DNA of 37,018 bases from Cyanophora paradoxa CCMP329 (GCA_004431415.1 QPMI01000585.1:1-37018), one strand, 5' to 3'. Positions 1 to 11,703 are shown, numbered from the stretch's first letter. The notes: a model not told the origin generated them from the letters alone. Program-made: numbers and translations.

Positions 1-250
1 GTCGAGGCTCAGCAGCGGCGCGAGGCAGAGGCGGCAGCGGCCTTGGCGGCGCAGCGCGAGCAGGAGCGGCAGGACTTAGTGCAGGCAGCGCAGGCCCTTC
101 CCCGCATTCCCTTAAGTCCACGCCCGAGCCCCGATTGACTTGGTTTTCCGACGATGACTCTGATTTTGAGGATGCTGTAAATAGTATTGCGTCGATTCCA
201 CTGTACAACTTGGTAAAAATTGGCCGACTATTCAGTTATGACTTGGCGAT

Positions 251-652
251 CCTGGGACTTGGGATTGGGACTTGGACTTGGGACTTGGGACTTGGGAAGA
301 GTTAGACTCAGGGTCTGGGCCCAGAGTTTCACTGGATCCGAGAGTTTGCTGCACCAAGTCACTAACCACCGGGCAGACATTTCGAGGTACGGAAATCCGC
401 AATACGACGTTTCGGTGAATTCCAGGTGAGATTTCAAGTGAGTGTCGTGTGACCAGGGGGTACGATTACGGTTACGAAAGATGTAAGATAAAAAACAGAC
501 TACGAGTAAAAAAGACTATGGATTAAAAAAGTCGTAGAAAAACTCAGCCTGACTTGTCTGACAAATTTCTGATCCTGGAGAAAGTCTGGGCGGGACCTGG
601 GTTTCAACTCTTCCCAAGTCCCAAGTCCAAGTCCCAAGTCCCAAGTCCCAGG
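251..652. repeat. Imperfect inverted repeat (arms about 251-360 and 551-652) with (GGGACTT)n tandem heptamers and a spacer of about 190 bp
   Basis: cctgggacttgggattgggacttggacttgggacttgggacttgggaagagtt (251-303) mirrors aactcttcccaagtcccaagtccaagtcccaagtcccaagtcccagg (606-652). Weaker complementarity continues inward (gcccagagtttc / gaaagtctgggc; caagtc / gacttg). Confidence 0.9.
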
Positions 653-673
653 TTTTTCCGAACCTAGGGCAAA

Positions 674-1039
674 ATGGCCCTGCTCCGGTGCACCGACTCG
701 CAAGACGTCGCCTACAACGTCCTGGTCAACTCGGACGTACCCCCGAGTGCCTTGGAGTTTCCCTGGAGAGTGGACAGGGACAGGGTGAGCAAGACATTTG
801 GAGGACGCAAGCACTACCTCTCCCAACTGATCCTCGGGAAGTCGCCACGTGGACGCTACGTGGAACACATCAACGGCAACCCGCTGGACTACAGGAGGGA
901 GAACCTGCGCTGGGTATCGATGTCGGAGATTCGAAAGAAGAGGAGGGGGTACGCCAATTTACAGGAGAAGAGCGAGGAGATTGCGGAGATGATGGAGGCG
1001 GCGCAGGCGCTAGTGCAGCTCAGCCAGTCTAGACGCTAG
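674..1039 (+). CDS. HNH endonuclease-like protein (HNH_3 type), possibly degenerate
   Basis: YLSQLILG...YVEHINGNPLDYRRENLRWVS matches the phage/viral HNH consensus lHrli...vdHingn.lDNrr.NLrwv. Start context aaaATG. Confidence 0.8.
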   Translation: MALLRCTDSQDVAYNVLVNSDVPPSALEFPWRVDRDRVSKTFGGRKHYLSQLILGKSPRGRYVEHINGNPLDYRRENLRWVSMSEIRKKRRGYANLQEKSEEIAEMMEAAQALVQLSQSRR

Positions 1040-2490
1040 TGGTGTGGATCTTAGTGTCGTACTCGCGGTCAATCGTGCTCCAGGCCACGTAGTTCTGCGG
1101 TGCCGTTTGCAAGTTGGTGTGCAGTCGTGTAGTCACCTCCGCCTCTATCAACCTCAGCCATGAGCGTAGAACCCACGACCATTCCAGAGGTAGCATACCC
1201 GCAATGTTGTTGTACAATTTGAAAGTGAAATTTCGTGAAGAGGAGCCGGGGCCAGACCTGGGTACGGGGATTCGAGGAGTAGAAAGCAAAGGCAGTACCC
1301 GAGGCGCCGCCGTGTGGCATTCGTCATCATTCCTTTGCGTCATCTTCCAGAGATTGTACATCTCAAAGGGGACGGCCTGCGTGGTCTTGTGAGTGGCATC
1401 GATGGCGCGCCGTCTATGTGGGTCTTGGAGCCGCCGTTAAAGGTGCGGTGAGGGCGGTGTTGCAGTGAACTTGAGCTCGAAGCACGCCGGATTGCGGGCC
1501 GATCGGCACGGAGGGCTCTATCTTTTTCAGGAGGCCAGAGAGCCAGAGGGCCTCCGCCTCGTCCGCGCTCACACCCGAGTCGATGTCAAAGTACACGTAC
1601 ACGGAGCAGGAGGCGGGATTCTCGAAATCGTTGGAGGTGACGCGCCGCATGATCGGATTCTGGATCTTCACGGTCAGCATGGAGGCGTAGCTGCCGTCCC
1701 AGACCACGGAATCCGTCCGCGCGTTGGCCGCTGCGCATCGCCGTAGAAATCGGGGTGGGCAGCACGGTCTTCACGATGGTGCTCGAGGTGGAAGGCATTT
1801 TGCGACCTCGGATGAGAAAGATTATCCGTAGAAGAGGGCGATGTCGTTGCGATGCCCGAGAGGCGGGCGGCGGGCTGCACGGCGTCGGAGCCCGTGGTGT
1901 GCCTGTAGGAAATCGAGCACTCGCGCAGCTCCGCGCAGAGGCTGGGCCCGTGCTGAAGTGGGGCTGGTCGGCGGCGTAGGGAGGGGGAAGACCTGGAACT
2001 TGAAAAGGTGAAGGGAAGCGGGGTAGCGGGAAGCGCGCGGGTTGCCGCCCGTGTAGAGGGCCCAGGGTCGCGGACTCGGATTGAATTTCGTGAAGAGCAC
2101 GTCGCCCTTAAGCGTACCCCGCGCCGTGTACGCACCCGTACCCGGTAGACTGTTGTCGGTGTACTGGTTCACGGTGGGGCCGTACCCCGTCTCCCTGAAC
2201 TTTACCTCGAGACAGCGCAGACGTTGGCCGTGGCCGTGGCAGGCGCCACCTTTTTCACGAGGCCGATTCGTGCAGCAGCTCGATGACCTCTGCGCTGAGG
2301 CTCAAGGGTCGAAGAAGAGCTGGTAGGAGTAGATCTTGGGCGTGGCGTAGGCGTTCTGAACGGCCTGAATCACGACGGGATTCTGCAGGAAGACGTCCAC
2401 GTAGCTGCCAGAGGAGATGCGTGCGAAATCCTTGGCGTTGGTACCAACATCCAGATCACCTTTGAGGGTCTGGTACCAGTTGGAAGTCAT
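1029..2490 (-). pseudogene. Frameshifted hypothetical protein (about 480 aa if joined), possibly structural
   Basis: Consecutive minus-strand ORF pieces with protein-like composition (2302-2490, 1822-2172, 1586-1798, 1414-1707, 1029-1361) follow a taaATG start and change frame repeatedly. Confidence 0.5.
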
Positions 2491-2527
2491 TTACACCGGG
2501 GCAGATATTTTTTCGGACTTGGGGGAA

Positions 2528-4517
2528 ATGAGGAGGGTGAAGCGCATTGTGTTGATGAGGCGGAGAGGGCCACGTCCCCTTGGACCCCCACAGAACGTGT
2601 CGGTTACGCGCGTGCCTGGTCAGTTTGCGGCTTTGATTGTGTGGTCCCCTGCCGCTGAAGCGGAAGGCTATGGTGTGAGTCGCACGGTTGGAAGTATAAC
2701 GGGCACCCCTATCATTTTCAGTAATGTCACTTCACCATTCACGAACTCCAACCTACTCCCTGGTCGCCTCTACCTCTACACGGTCTTCTCCTACCGGGAT
2801 CTGACCGACTCGGGGGGGACATATGAAGATCGCGGTGCCCCCATTGTCAGTATCATGATGCCCACGTCGCTCACATCCTCCACCTCCCAAACCTACGGCG
2901 ATTTCATTGCGGGGGGAGGCCCCACATCGCAGTCCGTACCCCTCCCCACTGTGGTTGTCACCATCAACTGGGAGGCCTTCGTGGACCCCGTCGACGAGAT
3001 TCGCATTTACAGGGATGGTGCATTTAACGGCATCGCAAACAATGCGCTATCGACCTCGTACACGGACGACAGCAACTCCCTGGTGCGCGGCACGCAGTAC
3101 TCCTACCAGGTAGCACCCGTTGTGGGCGGCATCGAGTACGAAAAGTCCGACCCGATATTGGCCTGGACGGTACCGAACGCGCCCACGAACGTGATTGCGA
3201 GCGCGCCCAACGACCAGCAGCAGCCTGTGAGCCTCACCTGGACGGCGTCCATGGGAGCGACGGGGTACAAGATCTACAGGGGCGGGGCCTACCTCGCAAC
3301 CTCCGCGACCAACTCCTACAGCGACGCGACCACGATCTGGGGTACGGGGTACGAGTTCCAGGTCTCCGCGACGAACTCGGGGGGCGAGGGGCCGAAGGGC
3401 ATTACAGTCTACGTCACAACGGACCCGGGGGCGCCCACCGGGCTCACTGCAACTCCAACGGCGGGGGCAGCCCAGCCTGTGGTGCTTGCGTGGTCCGCGC
3501 CGGCGATGGGCGTCACCGTCTCCTACAACATCTACAGGGACGGCGTTTTCCTTGCGAACGACACCAGCAGCCCGTATTCGGATACAACAACAGCCTATGA
3601 AACCACTTACACTTACATCGTCAAGGGTGTCAATCAGATTGGCGAGGAAGGCCATCGTCGTCAAAAGCGAACTACTGCAACGCTCCTGTTCTGGCTAATT
3701 CTCCTACACCGGAGCTCCCCAGACCTGGGTCGTACGACAGGGACTATGGCATTCGTGTCATCATGTGGGCAGCCGGGGGTGGAGGCGGAGAGCATGCTGG
3801 TTCGGGGGTCCGCGGGAGGCGGGGTGCTTGTGTCGTTGGTACACTGGCCGTGTCCTCGGGGGAAACGCTCATCTTGTCGTTGGATGCGGTGGTCCGAAAG
3901 GTGTATCGGGACTGCCACTGCTACTGTCTACGGAGGGGGCGGAAGGGGCTGGAGTCATAGCTGACCGGATACAAAAACGGTGCCGGTGGTGGGCGTTCTG
4001 CGATCCAACGCATTTCTGGACCGATTTGGTCGTTGCGGGGGTGGGGGTGGGGGTACATGCGATTCATTCGGAGGCGGAGGAGTAGGCGGGGGTGACCGGT
4101 GGTTCTGCTGAACCGGTTGGCTTAGCCAGTGAGGTGCAGCTCAAGGAGGCCTCAATCTCTGGTGGAGCCGGTGTTGTAGCAACAGGGGCAGGCCCAGCAA
4201 CCCAGGAACTTTACGCCAAGGTGGTGAGCCGGCCCTGATCAAACGGCTGGAGGTGGGGCGCTGGGGGGCGGCGGTTACTTCGGTGGGGTTCTGGGTCCAG
4301 CAAGAGCGGAGTGCCTGAGGCCCCGTTAGCAAGAATGTTTGGAGGTGGCGGCGGCTCGAGCTACATTGGCAATTGACGAACGCTACGACCTACCCGGGTA
4401 GGGCAAACGGCAGGAAACAGCGCAGTCCCACTACGTTGCTGGCATTGGCAGGGGTGGGAATGGTGGGTCAACGTTCAGCGATGGCGGCACGGTCACATAG
4501 TGATCTCGGCGGTCTGA
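2528..4517 (+). CDS. Fibre/adhesin-like protein: about 4 fibronectin type III repeats plus a C-terminal glycine-rich domain; frameshifted after about 3650
   Basis: FN3 signatures PNAPTNVIA..VSLTWTAS.GATGYKIYRGG..YSD..YEFQVSATNSGGEG and PGAPTGLTA..LAWSAP..YNIYRDG..YTYIVKGVN..GE. Out-of-frame pieces then read WAAGGGGG..VVGTLAVSSGETLIL and GGGGSSYIG. Start ATG 2528 follows an ATTTTTTC motif. Confidence 0.75.
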
Positions 4518-5574
4518 TATCCATTTGTTATTGGTCTGCAAGCGGCTACCTGGTCTTTGAGTGTTTGAACTTCCTGTGCAAGTTCTTGTACTGCTTTCAG
4601 CGTCAAGGAAATAAGCCTGTATAGTTTACCCCAAATCATCCGCGTTTTCAAAAACAGGTTCGGCAAGACACCTTGAACTTCCTGTGCAATGAGACCGTAA
4701 TCAATTTTCGAGCCCCCGGAGGTTGTGTTGATCCAATTAAAGGACACAGGGTTCAACTGCAGTAAAGAGGGAGAATGTTGCCAGGCTGTGATATTTGCTT
4801 TCAGGCGGCGATCGCTCGAGGAGTTTGTAAGGTTACCACTGGCATTGGAATAAACGGCCCTGTTTCGTCGCCTGTGAGCGATGAGACGATGAGCTGACCC
4901 GTTTATACCCACGCCGACGGTTCCGCACAGCAGTCGATCGCCGCCATTGTATTTCAAGGTTAGGCCAGCGGTGACACTCCCACAATCGATTATTGTAGTG
5001 TTTTGCATAGACAGGCCGCCAGAAGGGCTTGGACGGTTGAGGCGAATAGTTTACCGTTATATCCGACACCTTCAGTCCCGCACAACAGCCATCCGAGTCA
5101 CCGTACTTTAGATTTAAGCCGCCGCCACCGCCTGCAATGGTGGAGTTGTCCCGTGTATGTAGACGCTGTTGTCAGTGCTACTGTACCTGCTACCGATGCA
5201 TTTCCGTTCACTCTTAGCCACCCACCACGTTTGCCCCGCCCCCCTGCACGTACAGCGCTGCGTTCCCCTCTCCATCCGCAGCTCCGTTAAAGGTTAGGGC
5301 GTTTGTGGTGTGACCACTCCCGTCCAGGAGCCGTTCGTGACGGTGAGCCTCTGCGTCTTCACGCGCCCGGCACGGCCGATCCGCCCTCCCGCGTGCGCAT
5401 CTTATCGCAGCGCAGCTCGCCGACTCGCACGAGATCGGCCTCGGAGAAGGGGACGGCCGTGGCGTTGTAGGGGGCCTCGGTGGCCTGGTTTCCGAGGGTG
5501 GTCTCCTTAATCGTGTGATCGCCCTTGTGATTCACGCTGGCAGCGTAGGTGAACAAAGGAACAGCAACTGACAT
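4493..5574 (-). CDS. Tail-fibre-like protein with C-terminal intramolecular chaperone (Peptidase S74); frameshifted
   Basis: SSDRRLKANI...LLQLNPVSFNW...YGLIAQEVQGVLPNL followed by coiled coil LKAVQELAQEVQTLK is the S74 chaperone pattern. N-terminus at 5574 (aaaaATG after ATTTTCT). Confidence 0.75.
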
Positions 5575-5642
5575 TTTTGGATTGCATCAGAAAATCGATT
5601 ACATAGCAGCTTGCCGCTGCCATCCAGTAGATCGTGAGCCGT

Positions 5643-8600
5643 TTAGATTCGATGATCGTTTTCTGACATCGTGGGCCTGAACCTCACTCTGACGACAAAT
5701 CCGGTGTAGGTGACGTCGTAGACGTTCACTGTCATGTCGACATCCACTCCAAGTTTTATGGATGGGGTAACTGTTACGTTTGGCGGTGGGTTCCCCCTGG
5801 CTGGGCCATACAGGTAACAAGCCACACCTGCGTCGTACGCTTCCGGAAACTCATGTTGAACGTGACAATGTATGTTGTGTTGAGATCGAAAGCCGTGTTC
5901 GCGGAGTACGTGTGAAAGAAAGTGCCGTGTTGAATGTAAGCGTCCATGTTCACGTTTCTGTGCCCGTGGCCGGTGAGCGAGTACTCTGTGTGACTGTGCG
6001 TAGAGGGGGGAAGGTGAGAGGCTTCCCGTAACTTGAGTCTCCCAGTCCACGTTGTGACTGTGAGTCGAGGGGGGAAGGTGAGAGGCTTCCCCGTAACTTG
6101 AGTTTCCAGTCCACGGTGACGCCTGACAGTCGGGGCCGTCCAGTCGCTGATTTCTGAGATGGTGTGCTGGTGATCTGCGTGGGGGTACGTGCTCGGCTTC
6201 CCCGTGATGTTACCCCACGCCCAAGTTGCTGGAATTGTCGTATCATCGGCCTCCCTTTTAGATCTTGGTACTCTCCTGTATGCGCCACGGCCGCCAGCTG
6301 CGGTACGGCAACGCCACGGTGCTGACGGCCTGGCTCGCCCCGGCGCCATGTGCCACTCGTAGTTCTGCGATGCAAACACGGGCTGGCCTGGCTCGGGTGC
6401 CCAGTACTCGATGCCTTTGGCGATCTTTTTGGTGTAAGGGGCTGCAGGCCTGTCCACCAATTTATCGACGTACGCCTTGGGTACCAGCCAGTTGGCCTTG
6501 GGGCTCTGCGAATTAATCCCGTTGTCTATGAAGGCCCCGTAATTCCTGAAGGCCTCGGCCTCCCACCAATCCTGCATGCGGAAGGTCCCGGGAATTTCAA
6601 GGCGCGAGTTAGCGTCCGCCAGGCGGGCCACCTGCGCGCCTCCGTTCGACGAGACGCCCGAGTGACGGATGGCCGAGCCGAATTCGCGCCTTAATGCCTC
6701 GATGTGATTGATTCTGTTGAGGCCCTCCTGGTAGACGGCTATTAAGACGCGCTTCCGCCCCTTGGTCTCCTCCTTCACCATCTGCTTCAAATCGCGCATC
6801 AGCCGACTCAGGGCGAGCGAGGTCGACCCGAATCCCTCCTGCATTTTAACGGTGAGCTGAGAGAGGAAGAGCACGGTCGCTCTGTCAATTTCGAGCAGAG
6901 TCTTCTGGTCCTTGGGGGTACGGTAATCGTTGATGCTGTTATCGAGCGCGCGAATGAATGCCTGCAGCTCTTTCGGCTCCTTAATTTCGTTTAACCGCAG
7001 CTCCTGCGCCAAGAGCGAGGCCATTTCGCGCGCCTCCGAGGGGTCGTACACACCCAAAAATCCGGAGCCCAGCTCGCCCTCTAACCTATTAATTCGGTTG
7101 CGCAATTGGCTCGCCTCGTCGCCCCACGTCTCGACGCCCCAGTCGTAGATCTGTTGCGAGAGCTGCGCGATGAACTGTATGGTATCGGCGGCCCAGTCGA
7201 CGGGGTACTTGAAGAAGTTCTTCACGATTTCTTCCGCGCTGCGCCCGTTGATAATATCCACGATCACCTGCGCGATGGCGCCCGCGAGGATGGACAGGCC
7301 AAGTCCACCCACCGTGCCGATCCTCATTTTCGTGAGGGCGCTCAGGGCGGACGACATGCCCGTCTGCAGGCCAAAGGAGCCGACCGTCATGATCATCTGA
7401 TCGCGGAACGTATCGAAGAACTCGGCCTCCCCTATCTTGCCCTGCGAGAGCGCCTGGTAGGCCGAGAGCAGGCGCCGCCGTCGCCAGCCCAAGGCCGGCG
7501 CCGCCGCGCCCGCCCGCCGCATGGCCCGCGAGCCCGTACCCCCAGCCCGGCGCCCACCAAGTCGATGCCCGCCCCCTGAAATAAATCGGCTGCCCCGAAA
7601 GACATGCCGTCGTTGTTCGCCGTACCCGCCGCCGAGAAGAGCGTCTCGGCGCTGAGGGCCTCCTTGGCCACCCGGGCCGCCTTGCCCTCGGGCGCCCCAG
7701 GTAGGCGTCGCGCTGCTCTTTGGTGGTAAATCGCTCGAGGTCGAAATCCGCAAGGGCGTCGGCGGTGGCGCGGTTCCAGTCGCCGTAGGGCATCAGGGCG
7801 TTGCGCAAAATAACGTCCGAGTCGCCCATCACGCGCCTGTCGAGCGTCTGGAATACGCCCTCGGAGGGCAGGCGAGCTGTGCCCGGGCGCATTTCCTCCA
7901 CGGAAACGTCGTCCCTCTCCGCGAGCGTGATATCGTCCGGGCTGGCCGAGCCCACGCCCGCGCCCTCGTCGGCGTAGGCCCTTCCCCTCCTTTTTAACAG
8001 TTGATTGGCCTCCCGTTTCAATGCTTGGTACTCTGTCTCTACCTTGGTCTTTCTTGCCTCTTCCTCTGCCGCCTTGCGCTCTGCGATCTTCCGCCTCTGC
8101 TCTTCTATCTCGGCGTTGCGTCTCGCCGCGTTCTCCTTGGCCTGCTGCTTCCGCTCTTCGATCACCCTGTTTGCGTACTCCTTGTCCGCTTGGGCCTTTC
8201 TGTAGCGCTCCTCGATCTGACTCTTGGCCTCGTCTCCTCTCTTCCTTAGTTCGCCTATGAACGCCGTTGTATCTATGTAAAGCTTGTATTTGGCGGGTGG
8301 ATGCTCACGTTTAAAGGCCTCCAGATCGCGCACCATGGCGTCGTACTGTGCAAGCCCCTCCGCTGGAATGACGGCTCTTCGCTTTTCCCAAAACTTGCTC
8401 AGCTTCTCCACGTAATTGACCATGCCGACGTACGCGCTCTGTGCGCCGATGCTCACCGTTTTCGGATTGGCTCGCAGCTCTGCCAGAAACTCCCGCTTGT
8501 ACATCCCGTACATTGACGATTCGAGGGCCCCCCGCCACAGGCTCGCTTCCGTCCGCAGTTCGCGGTGCATCTCCTCCGCGTCGCCGTATGCTATCCAGAT

Positions 8601-10708
8601 GGCATCGCTGATGGGCCTCTGAACTGCCTTGCGCTCAAAGTTTTTCCACTTCTCATCGGCCATCTTTCTCCTCAGTTCTTCGGCGTCTTTCTGGCCCCTT
8701 CCTGACAGCTGGTTCATCACATATGTGAATTCGTGAATGTCATCCCCGAGAGCTCGTATTTTCTCGCCGTTGCGCGATTCGTTCCTCTTCAGCTCTCGCA
8801 TCTTTGCCCCCATAGCATCGAGGGTGGCGTTCTTGAAGGCCTCGAGGGCCCTCTTCCGCCCCGCAACCTTTGGCTCCTCCAGCCGTGCAAATTCCTCGTC
8901 TGATGCAGTTTGCATTGCCTTCAGTCGTTCCTCTTCTGTCTTGGCGGCTGCCTCTTCGTCTGCCCTGCGCCGCTGCTCTAACGCATCGAAGAGGGCCCTC
9001 TGGTCCTCGATCGTGAGGCCGATGAGCTCTTTCACCTGGTCGCTCCTACCCAGACGCGCAAAGGGTAGCCTCTCGGCGGCCGGCCTTGGATCGGGCCTTG
9101 GCGTCGTCTGCGTCTCCATTGTGCCCCTTGGCACAGCCGTCCCTATCCTCTGCAGCTCGGCCGTCAGCGTTTTCACTTGCTGCTCTAGGTTGAATCGTAT
9201 GGTGGATGCGAGCCCCTCTGCCTTCTGCCTCTCCTGTTCTCGCAGTTCGAGCTGCCTTAAATCCTCCTTTGCTTTTCTGGCTTGCTCCTCCGCTGCCTTT
9301 CGCTCATCGTCCAGCATCTTTGTGCCCTCTTCGACCTCGTTTGCTATGTTGACCTTGTTTGCTATTTCCATGTCCAGTTTCTCCAGCTCGGTCCTTGCCT
9401 GCTCCTTTGCCTCCCTTATCGCGTTTTCCACGATCCTATCGGCCTCTCTCTCCGGATCTCGGCTTTCTCCTCGGCCTCCAGGGATTTCTCAATTCTATCG
9501 CTCGCCTCTTTCAAATCGTCCGCTATCTTTTTCTCGGCCGCTGTCCTCATTTCGTTAAATTGCCGCTCCCTTGTCTTCAGCTCCTCTGCCAGTATTCTCA
9601 CCTGCTCGTCTGAGTAAACGATCGTTTTGTTATCTTTCTGCAGCTCTGCAATGTCCCTTTCGTACGCCTTCCGATCCCTGTAGTACTTTGCACCGCCTGC
9701 AATCAGGGCCGCGCCGAAGATTCCCGTTGTTGTACCAAGGATCGGCACGAGCGTACCCCCTCCGCCGCTCTCTCCGCCCGAGCCGCCGCCACCCGAGCCG
9801 CTGCTACCCCCGCCCCCTCCCACGGGCGTGCCACTGGAGCCCCCTCCACCCGTACCCCCGCCCCCTGTACTCCCACCCCCCGTACCCCCTCCACCCGTGC
9901 TCCCACCCCCTGTACCCCCGCCTCCCGTGCTTCCGCCGCCCGTACCCCCACCCGGAATCGCGCCCGGCACCTTGGGCCCGCCGATGATGTCGTCGTACAG
10001 GTGGCGGTGCGCCCAGTCCGTGATGTCGGCCTTCACATGCGGGTGCTTGACGAGGGTGTACCTCTCGTCGTGGAAGTGGTCCTTCAGCGCCCAGTTCTGC
10101 GTCTTCGCCCAGTCCGAGCGATCGGGGAGCACGTCGGGTGCCGTTGGGATGCGGCCCCCGCCCGTCGTCTCCGGCGTCTCGCCCGTCCTGTCGGCGCTCA
10201 GGGCGCGGATGTTCACCTTGAAGTGGTCGAACCACGCGAAAAACTCCTCCCTGTCGCGCCTGTACTGCTCGGGCTCCATGCTCGGCAGCGCCTGTCGGCT
10301 CCAGTAGATGTGGCGCAATGGGCCCGCGATGCGCTCGAGGGCGTTGTACCCGGGCCTCACGTCCCCCTCTGCGCCCTTTAGAGTCAGTTTCACGAGGTTC
10401 AGGGTGGCGTCCTTTGAGGTGACCGAGTTTGCGATTTTCACGTCGGCCGCCCTCTTGATAATGTTCCAGTCCACGCCCGTCTCGGTCGTCACGCCCCAAA
10501 GCCCCTTGATAATTGCGGTGAGGTCACCGTAATCGTCCAAGGTACCGACGGACGTCAGGAAATCGCTGTAGGTCGCGCCCTTGCGCAGCCGAATCTCGTC
10601 CGCGTAAATTCCCCTCACGCTCAGGCTCCCGTCTATCGCGAAGGCGCCGTTCAGCACCTCGTCCGGATTCGGGATGGCCATGCGCCAGGGGTCGTCGAGC
10701 ATCGACAT
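5643..10708 (-). CDS. Very large (about 1,700 aa if joined) virion protein: Gly-rich linker, long coiled coil, hydrophobic segment, phage-fibre-like HxH repeats; several frameshifts
   Basis: ORF pieces 9416-10708, 7089-9431, 5774-7753 and 5643-6050 overlap end to end with frame changes. They contain DHFHDERY/KHPH/AHRH, (GGGGTGGGST)n, an E/K/R-rich coiled coil, and WGNITGKPSTYPHADHQH / ETQVTGKPLTFPP..HSH repeats. Confidence 0.6.
5989..6114. repeat. Tandem duplication of about 63 bp encoding the WETQVTGKPLTFPPSTHSH fibre repeat
   Basis: Two copies of tgtgactgtg.gt.gaggggggaaggtgagaggcttccc.gtaacttgagt.t.ccagtccacg. Confidence 0.85.
9840..9955. repeat. 30-bp tandem repeat encoding GGGGTGGGST
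   Basis: Periodic cccc..tgtacccccgcc / ccacccgtgctccca units; translation GGGTGGGSTGGGGTGGGSTGGGGTGGGSTGGGGTGGGG. Confidence 0.85.
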
Positions 10709-10733
10709 TTTATCCGCGAGAGAGAAAAATTAA

Positions 10734-11210
10734 CTAATGCTCCGCGTCCCACGTCCACTTCAGCTTGCCGCTCACCTCGCCCGTTGTCCAGCGGCCCACG
10801 GGCACCTGCCAGAAAACGTCGGCGTAGGGGTAATCGGGCCTGATAGTGATCTGCTCGTCACGCAGCCAGCGGTAGGCCTCGGAGGCATCGCGTATTTTCG
10901 GCTCCCAGTATTCCCCGCCCGCGCCGTTCGGCAGCGAGTACCCCTCCCTTGCTACCCGTACCCTGTAGAAGTGCTCGCCCGTTAGCGTGTCTACCCCCCT
11001 GTACTCGAATTCTACGATTAAGGCCAAGTCCTGCCATGCGCTCTCGCCGAGACGGATGTGACTGAGGCTGTGCAGCAGCCCGCATTTAATTGGACCAGAG
11101 GCGGTTACAAGATCGACTCTGTAAGTGAGGGGTGAGGGGTAGCCTGGCACGCCCGCAAAGGTGCGCGTCTTGACGCCCGAGCCCTTCCGCGGAAATATGA
11201 TCAGGCGCAT
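10734..11210 (-). CDS. Hypothetical protein (beta-rich, possibly structural)
   Basis: Intact 158-aa ORF, taaATG start with upstream ATTTTC, co-oriented within the structural cluster. Confidence 0.7.
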   Translation of the reverse strand: MRLIIFPRKGSGVKTRTFAGVPGYPSPLTYRVDLVTASGPIKCGLLHSLSHIRLGESAWQDLALIVEFEYRGVDTLTGEHFYRVRVAREGYSLPNGAGGEYWEPKIRDASEAYRWLRDEQITIRPDYPYADVFWQVPVGRWTTGEVSGKLKWTWDAEH

Positions 11211-11230
11211 TTAAGGGGGCCTGCGAAAAT

Positions 11231-11680
11231 CTATTTCGCAAAGGCCCAGAGGCCGAAGTTCTTGACGATGAAGGCGTTGTTCTTCTTGGTGGCGCCCGTG
11301 ATGTCGGTGAAGCGCACGCGCAGCTCCTGGAACTTGTCGTACGCGACGTAGTTCGGGCGCACGGCCATGGGCACCTCGAACCAGTAGAGGATGGTGTTCT
11401 CGAGGCCGTCGTGGCCCCACGTCGGGATCACGACCTTGTTGATGCACGAGTTCACGTTCGAGATGGTCGTGACGTTCAAGTCGGGCACGTCCATCAGCAG
11501 AACGTTGACGGTTTTCGCGGCGGTGGGGTCCGGAATCGCGGTCGTATCCAGCTCCAGGTAGACTCCCTTGATCTGCAGCGTGTCGATGTCGGCGGGGATC
11601 TGGTTCAGCCTGAGGCGCCAGAAGCCCTCGGAATCCTGCGTCTCTCCGTTCGACTGGACGTAGAGGTTGACGCAGGACAT
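11231..11680 (-). CDS. Probable minor capsid (penton, single jelly-roll) protein
   Basis: 149 aa of alternating beta-strand pattern: LYVQSN..FWRLRL..IDTLQIKGVYL..LLMDVPDL..VVIP..FQELRVRFTDITG. This resembles NCLDV/PLV penton patterns (l.idS ... L.vrf.D..G). Confidence 0.55.
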   Translation of the reverse strand: MSCVNLYVQSNGETQDSEGFWRLRLNQIPADIDTLQIKGVYLELDTTAIPDPTAAKTVNVLLMDVPDLNVTTISNVNSCINKVVIPTWGHDGLENTILYWFEVPMAVRPNYVAYDKFQELRVRFTDITGATKKNNAFIVKNFGLWAFAK

Positions 11681-11703
11681 TATTTAGGAAGGGGCCTGAG
11701 AAA

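Noticed and set aside
1-220. 3' end of an upstream gene (EAQQRREAEAAAALAAQREQERQ...)
   Set aside because: Probably coding but truncated and frameshifted, so no product or boundaries can be supported.
251-300. Host telomere marking a chromosome end
   Set aside because: Only about 6 imperfect units, internal, and mirrored by an inverted copy. It is not a terminal array.
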